Assembly (NCBI GenBank): GCA_049969935.1
Contig: JBMFNX010000002.1
Span: forward strand, 5,789 to 69,788
Origin: Nitrososphaeria archaeon
GTDB lineage: Archaea; Thermoproteota; Nitrososphaeria; JACIWG01
Length of the DNA stretch: 64,000 bases
Reading direction: 5' to 3'
The number at the start of each line of letters is the position of its first letter. Within the stretch, counting starts at the first letter, position 1. Both the position numbers and the translations under genes were made by a program. Shown here in pieces: positions 10,564-21,636 of this stretch. A model generated the notes under the pieces. It had not been told where the DNA came from and did not search any database. It saw nothing but the letters and a program-made list of their open reading frames with translations.

Positions 10564-11917
10564 TTTCCTTCCTAATTCTTTCTAACGTCCTTCTAATTAT
10601 TTCTTTGGAACCCTCAATATGGTTTTCTGGCACAAATATTTTATCCACTTCATCCCTGCTAATGAACTTTGAAACAAGTTCGTCTTTTAAAAGAATTTCT
10701 TTAAACTCTTTACCCTCAACCCTACATCTTGTAGACAGTTCCCTTAAAATTTTATGCGCTTCAGACCTCGAGAAACCTTTCCTTATGAGTATGTCGAGGA
10801 CAAATTCCGAGTATATGAGACCTTTTGTGCGTTCGATATTTGCTCTGACAACATTTTCCTTTATACTCATTTTAGAAAGAACCCTGCAAACTGTTTCAAT
10901 CATTTCATCTAATATTATGGCTGAAATCGGGATTATGAATCTTTCATTCGCAGAATTTGTTAGATCCCTTTCATGCCACAACGCTATATTTTCGAGGGCT
11001 ACTAGAGGCATAGAGCGTAGTAGTTTTGAGAGACTGGAAACCTTTTCACATGATATCGGATTTCTTTTAGATGGTACAGCCGAGCTTCCTATCTGATCCT
11101 TAGAAAACTCTTCCTCAAACTCGTCTATTTCTGTCCTAGAAAGATTTCTAAATTCTGTTGCAATCTTATCAAGTGTAGAGCCAACAAGAGCACACCACCA
11201 TATAAATTCAGCATAATTTTCTCTTGAAACAACCTGTGTTGCAGCCTTAACTGGATAGAGGCCAAGTTCTTCTCCAACTAGCTGCATCACCTTTAATGCT
11301 TCTGCACCTAAAACAGAACCACTACCCACTACACCTAAAGTCTTGCAAACTAGGACTCTTGGCTTAATTTCGTTAAGCCTGTTCAAATGGTCAAGGAGGT
11401 CGTTAGCCCAGACTGCAAACTTTTGTCCAAATGAAATTATTGAAGCATGCTGCCCATGTGTCCTTCCAACCGATGGGAGGTTAGAATATTTTTCAGCTAA
11501 AGAACCTAAGATGCTTATCAAGTATTCAAGCTTCCTTTCTACTATTTTTATGTAATCTTTTAGTTGGAGAGATTGGGCTGTGTCCAGTATATCATTACTT
11601 GTTAGCCCATAATGAACCCAAGGCTTAGCCTTGTCTGAAACCACCGAAACTATAGCTTCAACTAGGGAGGCTGTTTCATGCATTGTAACCTTTTCAATAT
11701 CCTTCCACATAATATAGGATACATGTTCTATACTACATTTTGAGCAAATTTCTTTAGAAGCCTCTTCTGGAATAATTTTTAGCAAGCCTTCAGCTTTCGA
11801 GACAGCGGCCTCCACCATTAGCATGTACCTTAATCGAGACTCTTCAGAAAAGATTTTTTTAACTTCACTAGTGCCATATCTTCCTGAATCTATTGGCAGT
11901 ATTGGAGAGTAGGACAT
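10544..11917 (-). CDS. purB: Adenylosuccinate lyase
   Basis: HYGLTSNDI, GRTHGQHA, GSSAVPSKRNP, LWHERDLTNS motifs. Confidence 0.95.
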   Translation of the reverse strand: MSYSPILPIDSGRYGTSEVKKIFSEESRLRYMLMVEAAVSKAEGLLKIIPEEASKEICSKCSIEHVSYIMWKDIEKVTMHETASLVEAIVSVVSDKAKPWVHYGLTSNDILDTAQSLQLKDYIKIVERKLEYLISILGSLAEKYSNLPSVGRTHGQHASIISFGQKFAVWANDLLDHLNRLNEIKPRVLVCKTLGVVGSGSVLGAEALKVMQLVGEELGLYPVKAATQVVSRENYAEFIWWCALVGSTLDKIATEFRNLSRTEIDEFEEEFSKDQIGSSAVPSKRNPISCEKVSSLSKLLRSMPLVALENIALWHERDLTNSANERFIIPISAIILDEMIETVCRVLSKMSIKENVVRANIERTKGLIYSEFVLDILIRKGFSRSEAHKILRELSTRCRVEGKEFKEILLKDELVSKFISRDEVDKIFVPENHIEGSKEIIRRTLERIRKEIGSTYS

Positions 11918-11950
11918 ATGTTAACCATTGGCATCTGAAGTCTTTAAGTG

Positions 11951-14116
11951 TTATGGAAGAAAACGGAGTTGCTCCTTTATTCTTTTAGCCAAAGTTGGAC
12001 CCAGCTTCGGAATCTTTGCAATATCCTGCTCCTCAGCCTTCTTTAGGTCATTAACTGTTTTGAAACCATGAGAATAAAGTATGCGTGCTCTTACACGACC
12101 AATTCCTTCAAGCCTTGTAAGTTCTAAAAGTTCATTTTTAACACCATAGCGCAAACGTTCTTCAAGCAGTAATGAAGTATTTTGAAGGCTTTTAATGCCA
12201 AAAAGATTCGATAGTTTTGTGAAAGCGTGAACAAGCCATTGAGCTGACTCGACTTGACGATAAAGGTCTCCTGGCTCTATAGAGAATTTATCGTATATTT
12301 CATTTTCTGTCCGCTCATTTATCCATTCCTTTAGAGATAGAAAGCTTCTTCCAACTTCCTCGAAAACTTTGGATCCTATGCTAGTGAATATGCTAAAGAT
12401 TGGCCCTAATCTTTTTTCAATAATGTGCCCGAATTCTGCATAATCAGAGTTTCTAAGATAAAATTTTGGTTGAAAATCTTCTGAAGTTACAGCGGATAAG
12501 AGTATTAGGTCTTCTTCATCCACTAAACTTTTGTTTCTAAGGTTTCTGTACTCTTCTAAAATTGTTTTATAATGTATTCCCGTAGAGGTTGAAATGTATA
12601 GGAAAGAAATATTTTTACCAAATTCTGTAGAAATGTATCTGCCACCTTCTTCTTCAATCAGACCATTTAATTTTAGATAGGAGAGTACTGACCTAATTTT
12701 TGATATAACGAATTGAGGCCTCCTCTGATAGCCAAATAGTGTTCTAGAGAAAAAGGAATAGAGCTCCTTTTCAGACAGGCCTGGGAAGCTAACGATTACT
12801 GCAAGAAGATGGTTTCTTAAAATTTCTGTGTTAATCAGTTTTGAGTAGATTGGTTCAGGGGAGCCCTTAACATAACGTTCGAAGAATGTTTCAGGATCCC
12901 CTGACCTTAGGATGGTTATAGCGTAGCCGACATCATCATATTTTGGTCGACCCGCTCTTCCACAAAGTTGTTTATATTCTAGTATACTTATTTCTTCACT
13001 TTGACCCCATTCACTGTGATAACGTGATAAACTGTTGATTATTACAGTCCTTGCTGGAAGATTAACTCCAGCAGCTAATGTTGGTGTAGCACACAATATT
13101 TTGATAACACCTTCTCTAAAAGCTTCCTCAACTATAGTTCGATGCGAATGTGATAAACCAGCGTGATGGAATGCTGAACCCTTTAAAACACAGTTAGCAA
13201 GCTTTCTACTTACTTCAGTAAATTCTTCAGAAAACATTATTTTCTCATACACTTCTTTAAGTTTTTCAATTTCTGATTGAGTTAAAAACTTTGATGAAAC
13301 AACAGTCGCCTTTTCTGCAAGTGATACTGCATTCCTTCTATTATCAGAAAATATTAGCACTTGACCTCCATACTTCAACATCGCATATGCTACGTCGATA
13401 GCTGGACCATAGTCGCTTCTTACTGTTTCAAACCTTTTACCGTCATAGAAGAGTATTTGGCCATTCTGATACACACCTTCAATTAACTTTACTGGACGCC
13501 AAGACATGTTAACGATTTCAGCATTAATCCATGACGCTATATCCCTATAGTTTGATACTGTAGCGCTTAAGGCAATAATCTGAGGCCTATTGGGAGAAGA
13601 GAGAAAATGTGAAATTAGCATTTCGATAACTGGGCCTCTATCATCTTCATTAAGCAAATGTATTTCATCGAATATTACAAGCCCTATCCTTTCGATCCAA
13701 GCAGGATCCTGTCTAATCATTGAATCAAATTTTTCGTTCGTTAAAACAAGCACATCTTTTTCCTTAAGATAATCGCCTCTTACATCATAGTCTCCAGTCG
13801 AAATAGCTATTGAAGGATTTAATCCGTCAGACTTTGATAATATTGAAAGTGACTTAAACTCCTCATATTTTTCGTTTGCAAGAGCCTTTAGTGGGGTAAG
13901 ATATATGACCTTCTTATTCTCAAGCACCGCCTTTGCAGCACACATTAGGGCAATAAGAGTTTTCCCGCTAGCTGTAGGAGTTGTTATAAGCATACTTTTT
14001 CCTTCAAGCACACCCTTCCTAACAGCTTCCTCCTGTGGAGGGTAGAGGGTATGGTATCCTAAATTTTTTAACATGCTTTTGACTTGTTCAGGTAATGGTA
14101 GTGAGTCAACATGCAT
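11951..14116 (-). CDS. hel308: Hel308/Hjm Ski2-like DNA helicase
   Basis: TPTASGKT, DEIH, SAT, FHHAGL, TLAAGVNLPA, QLCGRAGRP, C-terminal RAR HhH domain. Confidence 0.93.
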   Translation of the reverse strand: MHVDSLPLPEQVKSMLKNLGYHTLYPPQEEAVRKGVLEGKSMLITTPTASGKTLIALMCAAKAVLENKKVIYLTPLKALANEKYEEFKSLSILSKSDGLNPSIAISTGDYDVRGDYLKEKDVLVLTNEKFDSMIRQDPAWIERIGLVIFDEIHLLNEDDRGPVIEMLISHFLSSPNRPQIIALSATVSNYRDIASWINAEIVNMSWRPVKLIEGVYQNGQILFYDGKRFETVRSDYGPAIDVAYAMLKYGGQVLIFSDNRRNAVSLAEKATVVSSKFLTQSEIEKLKEVYEKIMFSEEFTEVSRKLANCVLKGSAFHHAGLSHSHRTIVEEAFREGVIKILCATPTLAAGVNLPARTVIINSLSRYHSEWGQSEEISILEYKQLCGRAGRPKYDDVGYAITILRSGDPETFFERYVKGSPEPIYSKLINTEILRNHLLAVIVSFPGLSEKELYSFFSRTLFGYQRRPQFVISKIRSVLSYLKLNGLIEEEGGRYISTEFGKNISFLYISTSTGIHYKTILEEYRNLRNKSLVDEEDLILLSAVTSEDFQPKFYLRNSDYAEFGHIIEKRLGPIFSIFTSIGSKVFEEVGRSFLSLKEWINERTENEIYDKFSIEPGDLYRQVESAQWLVHAFTKLSNLFGIKSLQNTSLLLEERLRYGVKNELLELTRLEGIGRVRARILYSHGFKTVNDLKKAEEQDIAKIPKLGPTLAKRIKEQLRFLP

Positions 14117-14131
14117 GAGTATAACCTACTA

Positions 14132-16219
14132 TTATACTCTCTTATAATATCCAGGCTTAACCATGTAGAAGACACCCTTATTTTCTAGCTGAGAAAAGTA
14201 CATTTTGGCTTCAATTTCATTAAACTTTTTTGTTTCAACAAGAGCTTTTATAAGTGTGTTCAATTCTACAGGCTCATTCGATGGACCTGAAAGTTCCTTA
14301 TACTTTTGGAACACTATCTCAAGCTTGCTTCTTTCACTTGCAGGCATACCGGTTATTGTGCCCATATCAATTTTACCAGTCTTTTTGTCGACAGCAACCG
14401 TGTATAGCATACTTTTGGTTAACGTTATAGCTTCAGCCGCATCCTCTTCAGTAACCTTATCTTTGAGCAGAAGCCTTGCCCTAGCCATTGCAAGACGAAT
14501 CAATGATTCAAGCTGTCTCGGAGTCACCGGTATACCTTGCGTATCCGATTGTGAACGCATTTCAAGATAGAAGTCTATCAACATTTTTTCAGCTTCAGGT
14601 GTAATTGTAGGATTAATATTTTTACAGTATACAAGATACTTTCTTAGAAAGTCTATGTCAAGGGGAGGCTTCTGTACAAATGTGCGTGAACGCCTTAGAG
14701 CCATTATATGTGATGCAATCTGCTCGTCAACAGACCTTTCTGGAACATCTCTTATAACAAAGATTAGGTCAAATCTTGTTAAAAGTGGTGAAGGCAAATT
14801 TATGTTTTCAGCCAAATTTTTGTATGGATCATATTTTCCAAGCAATGGGTTAGCGGCTGACAGTATTGAGGTTCTAGCGTTAAGAGTGACTACAATACCT
14901 CCCTTTGCAACAGACACTGTCTGCTGCTCCATGGCTTCGTGAAGAGCTTGCCTGTCAGTATTGCTCATTTTATCAAATTCGTCTATAGCACATACACCTT
15001 GATCTGCTAAAACTACAGCTCCAGCTTCTAGCATTAGCATACCACTCTTTTCTCTTACGACAGCAGCGGTTAAACCGGCAGCAGTTGTACCTTTACCGGA
15101 AGTGTATAGGCCCCTTGGAGCCAGACGGGCAGCATATTTTAAAAGCTCACTCTTTGCTGTTCCCGGATCGCCGACAATAAGTATGTTTATGTCACCTCTC
15201 AAAGTTGTTCCATCAGGTAAGGGTATTTGTGGCGCACCCACGATAAGAAGCAAGATCGCTTCCTTTAAAAGGTCAAGGCCATAGATTGAGGGGGCGAAAG
15301 AGTTTATGAGGAGCTTCATCCAGTCAGGACGCTTTGCTAGCTCCTTAAACTTTATTTCATCAGCCTTTTCGATTATAATATCCTGTGGACTTTTACCTAA
15401 AACTTCAACATAGTTTCCTTCAATAAATGCATTAAATGTTCTAGAACGCCCACCCCTTCCACCAAACTCTTCTTCAGCCCTCAAAATACCTGTGACAGTT
15501 ACCCGGTCACCAGGCCTGGCTACATCAACGATATCACCATATAATTTTATTTCAAGCTGTCTTGGAAGCTGTCCGGGAGGAAGTTCTTCTGGAAGCTCCT
15601 GTATCCTTAATAGTTGAAAGTTCACGTACACACTTTTTAGCTCATCAAGTTTGAAAACGTCTTTTTCATCACATTCTCTACATTTTAATGGCTTTTTTAG
15701 CGAACGTTCCCTTTGAGGGACAAAGGTTATGTGATTGTTTGAGCAAACCCATGCAGCTTCAATTATATAGGGCTTTATTTCTGAAACCCTTACAACTATT
15801 CCTGTTACAGCAACAAGATTGCCTAGTAGACTTACATCCAATTTTCTTAAAGGATATTTTTCTGGAAGATTTCTTATCCTAACTATAAAAAATTTTTCCA
15901 CCCTCTTCGCGTACTCTGGATCCTCTTCCTTCAAAAAGTCTAGAGCGGCTCTAGAGAATATTTCTAAATATTTTGGATCCCTTGTCGCTAAAGCTGCAAG
16001 GTCACTGTTGTAGCGTGAAAGGTCAGAGTAGTCTATTATAAGTGAGTTACCTCCTCTTTGTATAATATTATTCAATTGAATCCTGTACTTCGGCTGCCTG
16101 TACTCATCTAACCATCCTTTAATAAAGTCTAGAAAAAGGTCCTTGATTTTAGAGTCCGAAACCGTTTCCAGCATCCTATTTTCCAACCTCCAATATTTTA
16201 GAAACAAAATCCTTAACAT
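14132..16219 (-). CDS. mcm: MCM replicative helicase (true start probably MLETV at about 16174)
   Basis: GDPGTAKS, TAAGLTA, LEAGA, IDEFDKM, TRFD, TPRQLESLIR; no intein. Confidence 0.97.
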   Translation of the reverse strand: MLRILFLKYWRLENRMLETVSDSKIKDLFLDFIKGWLDEYRQPKYRIQLNNIIQRGGNSLIIDYSDLSRYNSDLAALATRDPKYLEIFSRAALDFLKEEDPEYAKRVEKFFIVRIRNLPEKYPLRKLDVSLLGNLVAVTGIVVRVSEIKPYIIEAAWVCSNNHITFVPQRERSLKKPLKCRECDEKDVFKLDELKSVYVNFQLLRIQELPEELPPGQLPRQLEIKLYGDIVDVARPGDRVTVTGILRAEEEFGGRGGRSRTFNAFIEGNYVEVLGKSPQDIIIEKADEIKFKELAKRPDWMKLLINSFAPSIYGLDLLKEAILLLIVGAPQIPLPDGTTLRGDINILIVGDPGTAKSELLKYAARLAPRGLYTSGKGTTAAGLTAAVVREKSGMLMLEAGAVVLADQGVCAIDEFDKMSNTDRQALHEAMEQQTVSVAKGGIVVTLNARTSILSAANPLLGKYDPYKNLAENINLPSPLLTRFDLIFVIRDVPERSVDEQIASHIMALRRSRTFVQKPPLDIDFLRKYLVYCKNINPTITPEAEKMLIDFYLEMRSQSDTQGIPVTPRQLESLIRLAMARARLLLKDKVTEEDAAEAITLTKSMLYTVAVDKKTGKIDMGTITGMPASERSKLEIVFQKYKELSGPSNEPVELNTLIKALVETKKFNEIEAKMYFSQLENKGVFYMVKPGYYKRV

Positions 16220-16745
16220 TCTTTTGCAATATCTTCAAAAGTGTCTGTTCTTCGAGAGTCAGTTTCGGAAGGACTTCTCCCGCGTCCGTGAAAGGTCGGG
16301 CAAAATGCAGTAATTTTCTTATTCTAATACTAATTAGATCTTGAGCGTCATTATAAACTTTCAAATACTCACTTCTTGCCATAACGTCTGTTGAAGGAGT
16401 TGACCTTTTCTTATCTAAAAAGTCTATAAGTGCAAGGTAAAAGTTTTCTGAAAGCTGTGAAAGGTTGAGAGAGTCTCTTAAAAGCTTTTCCTTAGCAACA
16501 CTCTTGTAAAATTCCTCCTCAAACCCTTCATCTTGAATTTCTACAAAACCATTTTTTTCAAGAATTTTTGCAGCCCAAAGAGGTATAGACATTATAGAGC
16601 CTTCTAGAATTGCTTCCGCTTGAAAGGCTCCAAACTTAAGATTTTGGATTGGAGATTTGAACAATACTTTAACCGGAGTCAGCATAAACCCTAACCTTCT
16701 AATATCAATCATTTCCTCTATTGTGACGTACAAGGCTGCAACCAC
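16176..16745 (-). CDS. GINS subunit (Gins23/Psf2-like)
   Basis: IPLWAAKILE motif and R.RKL..LT.EE tail; canonical position directly upstream of mcm. Confidence 0.8.
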   Translation of the reverse strand: MVAALYVTIEEMIDIRRLGFMLTPVKVLFKSPIQNLKFGAFQAEAILEGSIMSIPLWAAKILEKNGFVEIQDEGFEEEFYKSVAKEKLLRDSLNLSQLSENFYLALIDFLDKKRSTPSTDVMARSEYLKVYNDAQDLISIRIRKLLHFARPFTDAGEVLPKLTLEEQTLLKILQKNVKDFVSKILEVGK

Positions 16746-16883
16746 ACTCTAAACAGCATGTTAGTGGTTAAAAACTTTAATTAAATTATATGAGAGTTGA
16801 AGGTAAAATATTTTATAATAAAATTTTTTCCTACATACATTTATGCTTATATCTATTAAATTTGATTGGTAGAGTGTTAAAAG

Positions 16884-17849
16884 ATGAGTCTAGAAGAACT
16901 AATGTGGGTTGAGAAATATAGGCCGAAGGAATTGGATGAAGTAGTAGACCAACGTGAGATTATAGAAAGGATAAAGCTGCTAATCCAGAAGCCTAATGAA
17001 ATGCCGCATTTACTTTTCGCTGGACCTCCTGGAACTGGAAAGACGACGGTTGCATTAATAATAGCAAGAAAACTTTTAGGTGATGGTTGGAGAAATTATA
17101 CACTCGAACTTAACGCTTCAGATGAAAGGGGTATAAAGACTGTTAGAGAAAGGATAAAGACTTTTGCAGGCTACGTTGATAGAAGTGTGGAAGTACCTTT
17201 CAGGCTTATCATTTTAGATGAAGCAGACGAGATGACTCATGATGCTCAAACAGCTTTGAGGAGGATAATGGAGGAAAGTTCAAAGTACACAAGGTTTATC
17301 CTAATATGCAACTATTCTTCACAGATAATTGAACCGATACAAAGTCGTTGCGCCATATTTAGATTCCAGAGTCTTAGTAAAGAAGATGTTGTTGAACATC
17401 TTAAGAGGATATGTGTGATGGAGAATGTTGGATTCGAAGAAGAGGCTCTAGAACTATTGTACGAGATAACTGGGGGAGATTTGAGGCACAGTATAAACCT
17501 TCTACAGGCTTCAGCCATTGAAGGAAAGGTTACAAAAGAAAATGTTATGAAACAAGCGGGTTTAATGGGTGAAGCAAGAGTCAAGGAAATGGTTGAGCAT
17601 GCATTAAATGGAAACTTTAATGAGGCAAGAAAAATCTTGGTTGAGATGCTGAACATTAAGGGTGTATCAGAGAACGAGATACTGAGGATGCTGGGTACAA
17701 TACTATTAAATGATGACAGAGTAAACCATGGTAAGGCAGCTAAGATTTTAGCCGAATACGATTATAGGCTAGTACAGGGTGCGAACCCTGAAATACAGTT
17801 AACAGCACTATTATCTGAAATTGAGGAATTGAAAAGTGATAGGATTTGA
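16884..17849 (+). CDS. rfcS: Replication factor C small subunit
   Basis: WVEKYRP, GPPGTGKTT, ELNASDERG, DEAD, QSRC motifs. Confidence 0.97.
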   Translation: MSLEELMWVEKYRPKELDEVVDQREIIERIKLLIQKPNEMPHLLFAGPPGTGKTTVALIIARKLLGDGWRNYTLELNASDERGIKTVRERIKTFAGYVDRSVEVPFRLIILDEADEMTHDAQTALRRIMEESSKYTRFILICNYSSQIIEPIQSRCAIFRFQSLSKEDVVEHLKRICVMENVGFEEEALELLYEITGGDLRHSINLLQASAIEGKVTKENVMKQAGLMGEARVKEMVEHALNGNFNEARKILVEMLNIKGVSENEILRMLGTILLNDDRVNHGKAAKILAEYDYRLVQGANPEIQLTALLSEIEELKSDRI

Positions 17850-19129
17850 GGTTAGACGTTCCCAGAGGATTGCGTGATATAGAGCCTGAAGAATTCGATA
17901 AAATGGAATGGCTAAGAGAAAAGTTTATGGAAACATTGGACCTTTTTGGATTCAAGAAAATGGAGCCTTCAACAATAGAACTTTTGGATATACTTGAGGC
18001 AAAAAGTGGGCCTTCAATTGTTGATGAAATATACTATTTGAAGGATAAGGCAGGTAGGGAGCTTGGACTAAGATTTGATCTAACTGTTGGAATAAGCAGG
18101 TACGTTTGCAGCCGAAGAGACCTCGAATACCCTTTTAAGATAGGAGCGTTTTCAAGTGTTTGGAGATATGATGAACCACAACGTGGAAGATATAGATGGT
18201 TTTATCAATGGGATGCAGAAATATATGGAAGACCATGCATAAGATCTGATGCAGAAATAATAGAATTGTCCAAAATATATTTTGAAAAGGTTGGATTAAA
18301 TGATGTTAGAGTAGAGTTAAATGATAGGAGAGTGATAGAAGAGTATATTATAAATGTTATAGGTGTGAAAGAGGAGGAAGTAATTAACGAGCTGTTAAGG
18401 CTCCTTGACAAGACAACAAAGAAGAAGGAGGAGGAGATAATACTTGAATATACTTCAAAGGGTTTTCCAAAAAAGGTTGTAGAAGAGGTTCTAGAATTGG
18501 CAAAAATTTCTGGGAATGCAGACAATGTTTTATCTGAAATCGAAGGAAAAGGTTTAAAAAACACAGGAGATTTGAGAAAAATTGTTGAGGAACTTGAAGT
18601 TAGGGGGATAAGGGATTTTTGCATTAACTTGGGTATAGTAAGGGGAATAGACTACTATAGTGGGATCGTTTACGAATTTTATGATCCAACAATATCTAGA
18701 CTAGCGATAGCTGGTGGAGGCAGGTACGATCGACTAATGCAAGTTTTTGGAAGAAGCGACCTTTCGGCAACCGGAGCGGCTGGCGGTGTAGAAAGAATGC
18801 TTATGGTCCTAGACCAAAAAGGACTTACTAGGATAGATAAGAGAAAAAGGATTTTTGTAGCGTTCGTGACAGGAGAATTACAGAATAGGGCACAGACTAT
18901 TGTCACAGAACTTAGGAAGAGAGGATATGCTGCGGAAATGGATATTTATTCTAGAGAGTTAAAGAAACAGCTTGCCTACGCATCAAAGTACAGTAGCCAT
19001 ACAATAATTTTAGCTCCAAGAGAAGACCGAGAAAATAAATGTATTATAAAAGACTTGGAAACAGGAAGTGAAGAAAGAGTGGAATATACTAGAATTTTCG
19101 AAAAACTTGAAACCTTACAAAAGCAGTAA
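17846..19129 (+). CDS. hisS: Histidine--tRNA ligase
   Basis: PRGLRD, LRFDLT, RYDEPQRGRYR.FYQ, RGIDYYSG, GGGRYD motifs. Confidence 0.97.
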   Translation: MRLDVPRGLRDIEPEEFDKMEWLREKFMETLDLFGFKKMEPSTIELLDILEAKSGPSIVDEIYYLKDKAGRELGLRFDLTVGISRYVCSRRDLEYPFKIGAFSSVWRYDEPQRGRYRWFYQWDAEIYGRPCIRSDAEIIELSKIYFEKVGLNDVRVELNDRRVIEEYIINVIGVKEEEVINELLRLLDKTTKKKEEEIILEYTSKGFPKKVVEEVLELAKISGNADNVLSEIEGKGLKNTGDLRKIVEELEVRGIRDFCINLGIVRGIDYYSGIVYEFYDPTISRLAIAGGGRYDRLMQVFGRSDLSATGAAGGVERMLMVLDQKGLTRIDKRKRIFVAFVTGELQNRAQTIVTELRKRGYAAEMDIYSRELKKQLAYASKYSSHTIILAPREDRENKCIIKDLETGSEERVEYTRIFEKLETLQKQ

Positions 19130-19265
19130 TATAAAATAGAGAACTGAAAACATTATGTTCAAAATTTTTGAAGCTAAAGTTAGAATATTCCCACATTTGT
19201 CGATTATTAAAGGACAAGCTTGTAAAATATTTGGCAGATATTTGAGCAAAATAGTTATAGTTTAA

Positions 19266-19382
19266 TGGTAGCCCGGGAGAGATTCGAACTCTCGTCGGCG
19301 GGTTTCCTCAGCAAGTAGACTAGTGTATTTGTGTCTACATGCTTCCAAAGCCCGCTATGCTTGACCGCTACACCACCGGGCT
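19266..19382 (-). tRNA. tRNA-Gln(UUG) with 41-nt canonical 37/38 intron (19304-19344); CCA encoded
   Basis: Reverse complement AGCCCGG..GCGGG-CT-TTG-G[intron]A-CCCGC..GTTCGAAT..CCGGGCT-A-CCA; intron forms a BHB plus hairpin. Confidence 0.95.
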
Positions 19383-19408
19383 ATCTCTTCCCATACAAAT
19401 TAGATGGT

Positions 19409-20467
19409 TTAAACTTTTTCTCTAAAGAGTTCTATTTTTGAAACTATTTTTTCCTTAGGGTCTTCCATTATGGACCAAAGAAGTTTAACCTTCTTTTTGA
19501 ATTGGCTTCTACTTTTAACATTATAGAGAAAGTGTCGGATTATTTTATTAACATTTCCTGAACCTTTTGGCCTTATCACTAAACCTTTTCTAATTAGAAA
19601 TGATTCTATTAATGTTGCCTTTCCAGGAAATAATGATATTGAGGGCACACCTAAAAGTACCGCTTCATGCGTCATTGTGCCTCCAAAGCCTATAAACATG
19701 TCAGAATATTTTAACAGACTTGGCCCGTCAACAAAGTTGGGTAAAATTATCTTATTATCTAATTCTTGCTTGAGATAGGAAAATTGGTTAGGGTAACGAG
19801 CTAACACAACAATATTGGCTTTATCATAGTATTCTTTAACAATATTTTTTATTACATCAAGTACGTTTATTTTATCTCTTCCAAGAAGGTATGAGGCGTG
19901 CTCTTCATGCATTCTTATAACAATTGTTGCCTTATTTGATAAATTAAGTTCTCTCCTAATATCCTTATACATCCAGTTTCTTATCCAAAAGGCAGCATCT
20001 ATACACTTGTATTGAACTATTTTTCCCTTACTTATTCCATATTTTACCCAAACTTTTTTAGGAATCAGCCAAGGTGTAAATAGAAGACTTGATAATGGTA
20101 CTGTCAATTTTGACGCGTGAACTGCATGAGGGCTGTCACTGAACATTATGTGAGGTACACCGAGCCCATAAGATACTCGGGCGCATTCTGGTGAAGAAAA
20201 GGAAATTGATAAATCAAAGTTTTTTTTCATCACAATATCTGCCAAGAGCTCTATTCTCCTTGAACTTTCGATAAGCTTCTCATAAGGTGTTAGACCATGC
20301 TTGCCGACAGAAACAATATCATAGTTTACAAGGGAGGACGCTTCAAATCCTCCATATCCTGACCTTGTGGTTGAGAAGATTTCATGCCCTCTTTCCTTTA
20401 ACCATCCGCTTATCACATTAAAGAAAAAGGCTTGTTTGGGTGTGAGTATATCTATCCAGATTCTCAT
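19409..20467 (-). CDS. DUF354 family protein (GT-B-like)
   Basis: IWIDILTPKQ start, SPE..RV.YGLG, GGTM..EA.LLGVP motifs. Confidence 0.85.
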   Translation of the reverse strand: MRIWIDILTPKQAFFFNVISGWLKERGHEIFSTTRSGYGGFEASSLVNYDIVSVGKHGLTPYEKLIESSRRIELLADIVMKKNFDLSISFSSPECARVSYGLGVPHIMFSDSPHAVHASKLTVPLSSLLFTPWLIPKKVWVKYGISKGKIVQYKCIDAAFWIRNWMYKDIRRELNLSNKATIVIRMHEEHASYLLGRDKINVLDVIKNIVKEYYDKANIVVLARYPNQFSYLKQELDNKIILPNFVDGPSLLKYSDMFIGFGGTMTHEAVLLGVPSISLFPGKATLIESFLIRKGLVIRPKGSGNVNKIIRHFLYNVKSRSQFKKKVKLLWSIMEDPKEKIVSKIELFREKV

Positions 20468-20517
20468 ATTTTTTACACAAAACTATAATAGTTGAGGTTT
20501 TTAAATTTGTTGATGTC

Positions 20518-21636
20518 ATGGAAAAGAATACGGTTACAGTATATGGCTTAAGTACAGAAGGGTATAAGGTTGCACAAAAGGCTCTAGAAAAAGAGTATAC
20601 AGTATATATAGTGGACGAGAAACTAAATTCTCCAATTAAAGCCAGTAAAAGAATTTTAGACTATAAAACTGTTGACGAATTTTTCGAAGAAGAAAATCTT
20701 GCTGAAATTAAAGCTTTGGATGAAGTGATTTCTAGAACAAAATATCTAATATTTTGTCCAAAGATTAGATGCGAGATAGAGGAAGTGCAAGCATATTATG
20801 AAAAGATGTTGAAAGAAATATGTCAGAAGATAATGAAAAACTGTATTATAATTTTTTGGGCACCTTTGGGTGAAGGTGGGCAAAAAAGGATAGCGGAGAT
20901 AGTTTATGAATATTCAAGATTCTCAGAAGATGATATTGGCATAATATTTTTACCTCCATTTTTTGAACACGAAGCTAATTATGTTGGAACAATTGGAAGA
21001 GTGGAAGATGGAATAAAATTTTTACATGACCTTCTTAACTTGGAAATAGTTACTCTAACTTTGGAACAGGCTGAAAGAAAATTTATTTTAAAAATATTAG
21101 AAAATATTTCAAAATACACTTCAAAGATGATTACACTTTCAGAAAAGGATTTGCCGGAAGAACAACATTATTTTAACGATATCTTCTCATATTATACTGA
21201 TCTTAAACTAATATATTTTACAGCAAAAAGAGGAGTGCCTCTAAAAAGTTTTTCAGGAACACTTTTGAGAAATGTTGAAGCCTACCCTAAAAGCCTTGTC
21301 AATTATGTAAAAGATGTAATTAAAGAAAAGAAGCTTAAGCCAAGTAGAGTTAAAGTAATAGTTTTATGGAGTAAAAGCGACTATCATGTTAGACCTGATT
21401 TCGAGGAATCTGCAAACAAACTTGTTTTAATGCTACAAGATTTTTTTGCAGATGTACAATTATTGTCTTCAGAACAATCGATTCAGAAAAAGATTTTAAC
21501 AACATTTAGTAGGCCAACATGCATAATTATAGCTTGTTCAGAAAAAGATTTTAGAGCATTAGAGGAACAGTCGGTTTTAGGAAGAGATAAGGTTATAGTT
21601 ATTAAAGCCACTTTACCACCATCAAGGATAGAGTGA
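20518..21636 (+). CDS. Divergent nucleotide-sugar dehydrogenase-like protein
   Basis: N-terminal TVYGLSTEGY degenerate Rossmann motif; head of an operon with Gfo/Idh/MocA and acetyltransferase genes. Confidence 0.5.
   Translation: MEKNTVTVYGLSTEGYKVAQKALEKEYTVYIVDEKLNSPIKASKRILDYKTVDEFFEEENLAEIKALDEVISRTKYLIFCPKIRCEIEEVQAYYEKMLKEICQKIMKNCIIIFWAPLGEGGQKRIAEIVYEYSRFSEDDIGIIFLPPFFEHEANYVGTIGRVEDGIKFLHDLLNLEIVTLTLEQAERKFILKILENISKYTSKMITLSEKDLPEEQHYFNDIFSYYTDLKLIYFTAKRGVPLKSFSGTLLRNVEAYPKSLVNYVKDVIKEKKLKPSRVKVIVLWSKSDYHVRPDFEESANKLVLMLQDFFADVQLLSSEQSIQKKILTTFSRPTCIIIACSEKDFRALEEQSVLGRDKVIVIKATLPPSRIE

Noticed and set aside
16746..16883. AT-rich gap between gins/mcm and rfcS as an origin
   Set aside because: Short, no repeats; explained by divergent promoters
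14132..17849. Inteins in MCM or RFC small subunit (common sites)
   Set aside because: Both proteins are of normal length with contiguous motifs
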